A stretch of DNA of 64,000 bases from IMG/VR virus record IMGVR_UViG_3300046170_000323; one strand, written 5' to 3'. Shown one piece after another: positions 58,972 through 64,000 of the stretch. The DNA is from a virus. Taxonomy: Duplodnaviria; Caudoviricetes. Each line of letters begins with the position of its first letter. The stretch's first letter is position 1. The translations under genes were made by a program, and so were the position numbers. Below the pieces are notes generated by a model. That model did not search any database, was not told where the DNA came from, and saw only the letters and a program-made list of their open reading frames with translations.

Positions 58972-61900
58972 GTCAAAGCAATGCCTCTATAATCTTTTAT
59001 GATAGGTGCAGTGTGAATGTTTGGCGACAATAATTCAATTCTAACCGCAAACTTTCTATAAGTTTTAAAAGTACCTGCACGACTAATGTATTGATAAACA
59101 CCAGCGTTAAGGGAACTGGTAGGTAGTCTATATCTAAATTCACGATAATCTTCCATGTTTGTTTGTGAAGAGAAGTTCTCAATACCTTCAAACATTTCCA
59201 ATTCAACCCAATCCACTTCATCAAATGCAATACTATCAAAAGTATTCTGCGCTCTGATGTAACATTTAATATCACTACCAGATGGTCTGTACGCAGATAA
59301 AATCAAATTAAAGTCTTCTGCATCGAAGTCCTCTGCGAGTTCTACAACCTTAGAAACAAAACTTGCAGTTGCATCTGGAGTATTTGTTATATCGTATTTA
59401 TAGGCAAGTAACTTACATGTTTCCATATCAATAAATGGAGACGAGGTTGAGTTACCACCATTTTCCATACCAACTTTGATTTCGAATTTCAAATTACCCG
59501 ACAAGTTGTTTGTTCTACTGTAAATCAACGCACCCTTTGCATTAAAGTGGTTGTTGTCATTGAACTTCATTGGCATGTCATATGTTGTACCAACTGCAGC
59601 AGGTGGAATAAATGTACCTGACAATTGAGTTTTTGTCACTGAGTCGTTGACACGTTGAATAAATGGTTGTACATAACTTAGTGTGATGTTATCAATTGAA
59701 GAGATCTCTGCAGTTGCAGCACTATCTTCACCAACGATATCACTTCCCACTGCGAAAACCTTTCCAGATCTTGCAGTAGACTTTTCAAGATACATGGTTG
59801 TTGGATCGATTACGTCATAGAGACACAAGTCACCCACAACAATAGGAGTACCTACAGCGTTAGAGAACGTTTGATTTGAGTTCTTGTTTGCAGTAATTGA
59901 ATCTGCACTAACGGCGGTTACTTTAAAGATATCATAGTTGGAAGTGTTTGCAGCCTCCGCAATCTTCATAAAGTCACCAATCGCATATACAGTATCAAAA
60001 TTCGCACCACTTGTTCTGGTGATTGTATTGTTTGCATTTGCCATACCGACAACTTGATCAGTCCCTGCAGTCTGCCAAACTTTCTCACCTTTTCTAAATT
60101 GACCAGTGATATCAGTTACTGTAAAGAATTCATGATTATTGTTTGTCAGAGTAATAGAACCCTGAGATGCATTATAATCATGACGGTAAAGATTAAACTT
60201 AACGTCTTCGTCTTGGTATGATTTCCATGCAGAGTTGTTTGTAGATGTGAATAGAACTCCATCACCCCAGTCTTGAACGATTGGTTTACCTTGCGTATCG
60301 CCAGGCGTCAAATCATTCTGACCAACTTTCGATGTGAATACCAAATAGCCAGGATCGTTCGCATCTGGTTGAATTACAAATGCGTACTCTTTTTCTACTT
60401 CAAGGATAACTGGTGCTTCAAACTCAATAGTCGTTGCAATACTTGCATCATCTGAGATGTTGACTTCTGAAGGTTGCAAGTGTACTTTCGAGAATGGAAT
60501 AGTTTCACTTGATGGATAACCATTAACCACTTCACGCAACATAACAGTAACACCGTTAATACCACCACCACCTGAAAGTTGTGATGACGACTTACGTTTG
60601 AAATACAGATCCAACTTAGATGCCGCAACTGTGTTACTACCACGTCCCATACCTTTCTTGAGGAAGAAAGTCTGTGCGAGAGGATCACCATTGTTATCGC
60701 CAGGATCTGGTGGGGGTGGTGGACGGAATGTCACACTACGGTTTGATGTAGTTTGTGTCATAGACGAAAGTGGCATACGAGTAGACATACTTGCCTTCTC
60801 GACACTAAAGTTATATGCACGATATGCAATCTTCGCACGTGATGTTGCAGCGGAATCGATTTGACTATACAAATCTGTATCGACAATCTCCAACATGCGT
60901 TCACCTACAAAGAATGTATCTGCAGGTAGTCTGAATACTGCACGTAGAGTACCGTTTTCATCTGTGGCGATAGGTTGTCCATTAAATGGGCCATTGCGTT
61001 CTACATTCTTCGCTTTGTTGACCAGTGTACCCTTACAGACGTTAGACTGAATAGATGCTCTGTCAAAGAAGAAGTAGTGATTTGTATTTGGTCTTAGTCC
61101 AGTTACGTAAATACCAATATCACGTGGAGACATGTACGGTTGGAACTGGAAGTTAGTAACAAAGTCACCAACTTGATTTGTAGAGTTACCCCTATCAATA
61201 TTCACGGTTCCGAACGTATCTGTAAACGTTACTGTACCACCGTTTGATCGTGCACGTCTTAACTGCGCTTGGATATCTGCAGTAAATTGATTTGTGTTGA
61301 TCTGAGCATCTGTTAAAGGAATAAACTTTTGAATTGCTTCCGCAAAGTCCACGAAGGGTTGTTCGAAATCAATCTCTACTGGATTTGTAGTTGTGTCATA
61401 AGTCGCATCATATGGTGGAGAGATGTCTGGAGTACCTCTATAAGAATAGAAGTTACTTACAGCATTCCTGTATCCTGTTGCATACTTTTGACTAATTAAT
61501 GAAACATGTGCATTTCTTGACAAAGTTCCAACTTCTGGTATGACACCCACTGCAGGGGCAGGGAATGCAGTCGCACCAGTAGATGTACGATAGATGAGGT
61601 CAAGATCAAATGTTGAAACAGAAGGCGTCATCACTTTTTTATTAAAGTGTACCGCTGCGTTAAACTTTGGATCTCTCGTGTTTGCAAGAGACATGTCATT
61701 GAATGGATCTACTATAAACCCATTCTTGAATCTTGTCAAGCCATTTTCGTCAAGAACAGTTAAATTATTTACTTCTTGTTCCAACTGATTCAATGAAGTG
61801 TAATATACAAGTCTATCGATTTTATTTTCGATGGATTGAATATCTTTCATTGTATAACGTTTAGTGCCTTTTGGTTTTGCACGAACTGCATACTCACGTT

Positions 61901-64000
61901 TACCTTGCGCAGATGCCTCTTTAGGAGAGAGGATAGGAGCGCCTGGGACAAAGATCTCTGAAATGATAAGTTGATCTGTTCCCAACATTGGTGGACGTGG
62001 ATCACGTTCTTCCTGACCCTTAATATAGTTGAATTTACCATACGAGTCAATAGAAACAACGTCATAACGTGGAAGATAGTATTCGATATCTGCAGACGCA
62101 AATTGATCTGTAGATGGTAACGTATATGTACCAGAGAATGAAGGTGCAGCTGCATCGATATTATTCTGAATCGATATTGTCATAACTGGAGCAGTTGCTT
62201 TGTTCGTAGATGTGTAACTCATCGTTGACTCTTTAACGACCTGTGGTCTAAAGTCGAAACAGTCACGTAGATTGAACTTTCTACCTGATTCAGAAACATA
62301 TACTGGAATGTCTTTTTCGTCAACACCGACATAAGAGTTAACAGTGTAAAAACTTTCTGATCCAACAGGCACATTAGTTTCAAATACTTTGATTTGAATT
62401 CTAAGTTGTTCGTTGCCTGGCCTTGGTCTTCCTTGAATATACTCAATAGAAGACAGATCATAGAACTGATCTTTCTGGTTTTTATTCAGACGGAAACTAT
62501 TTTTATAGTCTTTACCGTTTGCATCTTCTAGGGCGAGAATCTCAAATACATCTGGGAAACCCAAAGAGAACCTGTCACGAGTTCCCACGTGATCAAGTCT
62601 CAACCAAACTTCTCTTGCAGCTTTCTCACGAACCACTGAGTCGATGTGTCGGTAGTCATAGTAACAGATTACACTCTGACCATTTGCAATTGCGCCTGGC
62701 TGAAGTGCAACAGTCAATTGACCATTGTTTAACTGAGTCGATGTACCTGTCACTGTTACCTTTGCACCAGTGGAAGCAATAACTAGAATGTTATGTTGTG
62801 TAACACCAAAGTCTGTGCCGGGCGCAGCAGTGATCTGGAACTCATCGTTGTTTACTGTACGAGTAGATTGTCCACGAATAGGAACATTTAAATCTGTTTC
62901 CAAAACTTCTTTGAGGTAATCCATCCCTGTGTCAAAGATGAAGGATCTCTTGTCTGTTCCTTTTAGAACGTTTCCTACTGAGATTTCACCAGTCGTTGCA
63001 CCATCAATCTTTGCAACATCAGAGAAGTCTTTACCTGCGTTAAGATCAACGCCCCAAATGTATGCACGAGTTTCTGTCAAGTTAGAGACAAAACATTCAC
63101 CAATCTTTACATTTCCCCCATCAAGGAGATCCTGAGTGGAAGAAAGATCAATATTAATATGTCCTGTGAATCCTGTTACATCAACATAGTTACCGTAGTT
63201 GAAACTGACTGGGTTTGATGTCTGAATTTCTGTGTTGGTTGTTGGTTCGACCTCAAAAGATTGTGTACCAATACTCTCTGCACGATATCCCTTTACGTAT
63301 GCAACGCCTGGATCTACGAGTATTTCAAGAGCAATCTTGTGCCAGTATGCACCATCGTAATACCAGATATCACTAGTCGCAGTGTCTGTAATCGCCAGAC
63401 CTGCTGCTGGCCACAGGGTATGCAGCATTTAGTGTTGCTTGAGGATCTCCAATTACATTTACATCTGCAATTGAACCAATTGAAGTGTATACTGGATAGT
63501 TTCTTTCTACAGAGACAGGGAAATCACGAAGGATATAGTTACCTGACTCTTCGTATGTGCGTCTTGCAGTAACGTCACCAAGGACATTATAGGCAGAAAC
63601 GTCACGTTGTCTAACCGCATTTCCGTTTTGATAACGAATTAATGCGAAGAACGTGGAATCATCTTCTGCTTCTGAAGGTGTTAGTTTAGTTAAAACTGGT
63701 ACGAGTCTTAGACGATCTGCGCCTGGCGCATTCTCGTTTGTTGATCCGTTAGCGTTGTCATACAAACTTGTGTCTTGCAAGTATGAAACATTGTCTTCTT
63801 GAATGCGATAACCAACTGAAAGATCTGATGGTTCTGCAGAATACTTTTCTACAACAAGGATTTGTTCATCTGCGTAAATGAAGTGTCCCTTCTGGAACAC
63901 AATGCCTGGCGCAGAACTGATACCAAACGATTTACCTGTAGGGATGAGAGATTCTGCGACAACGTTAATCTCATCAATACCTTCTTCCACTGATGTGAGT
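58968..64000 (-). CDS. DUF4815/VrlC-like large baseplate-region protein, 5'-partial (one extra base near 63409-63412)
   Basis: ENAPGADRL, RRTYEESGNY, DPGVAYVKGY, YYLPRYD, LEQE...GLTRFKNGFIVDPF; the frame stays open to the window edge. Confidence 0.75.

Noticed and set aside
7600-63730. Frequent GCCWGGC context at Pro-Gly codons
   Set aside because: Counter-examples exist (ACCTGG at ~19693, GAACCAGG at ~30772) and I could not define a consistent avoided motif without counting
1-64000. tRNA/rRNA genes, integrase, transposase
   Set aside because: No cloverleaf or mobile-element motifs were seen, and intergenic spaces are mostly too short

Overview
A 64 kb segment of a large T4-like myovirus genome with cyanophage/pelagimyophage-like gene order; the host is probably a marine alphaproteobacterium, inferred from the GapR-, pseudoazurin- and CtaH-like genes. 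Layout: (1) 1-1.7 kb, minus strand: three secreted proteins behind a T4 late promoter. (2) 1.8-8.7 kb, plus strand: an early/accessory cassette behind sigma70-type promoters, with AbrB-like, PD-(D/E)XK-like, sulfotransferase-like and GapR-like genes, then a run of envelope genes including a cytochrome aa3 subunit IV-like peptide, pseudoazurin and DoxX. (3) 8.8-21.9 kb, minus strand: the core head/neck/tail block, gp23 through gp13. (4) 21.9-25 kb: a three-gene carbohydrate-modification cassette with its own consensus sigma70 promoter. (5) 25-64 kb: very large fibre and baseplate genes (about 3280-aa S74-capped fibre, 2025-aa fibre, about 1300-aa collagen/cupredoxin protein, 3764-aa repeat protein, DUF4815-like protein running off the end). 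The best candidate for an undescribed system is the CtaH-like/pseudoazurin/DoxX electron-transfer module. Eight apparent one-base insertions split genes, including essential gp18, and all sit at RGCY or RGCGCY motifs, which suggests modification-linked sequencing errors. All family assignments come from motif recognition by eye; no database search was run.
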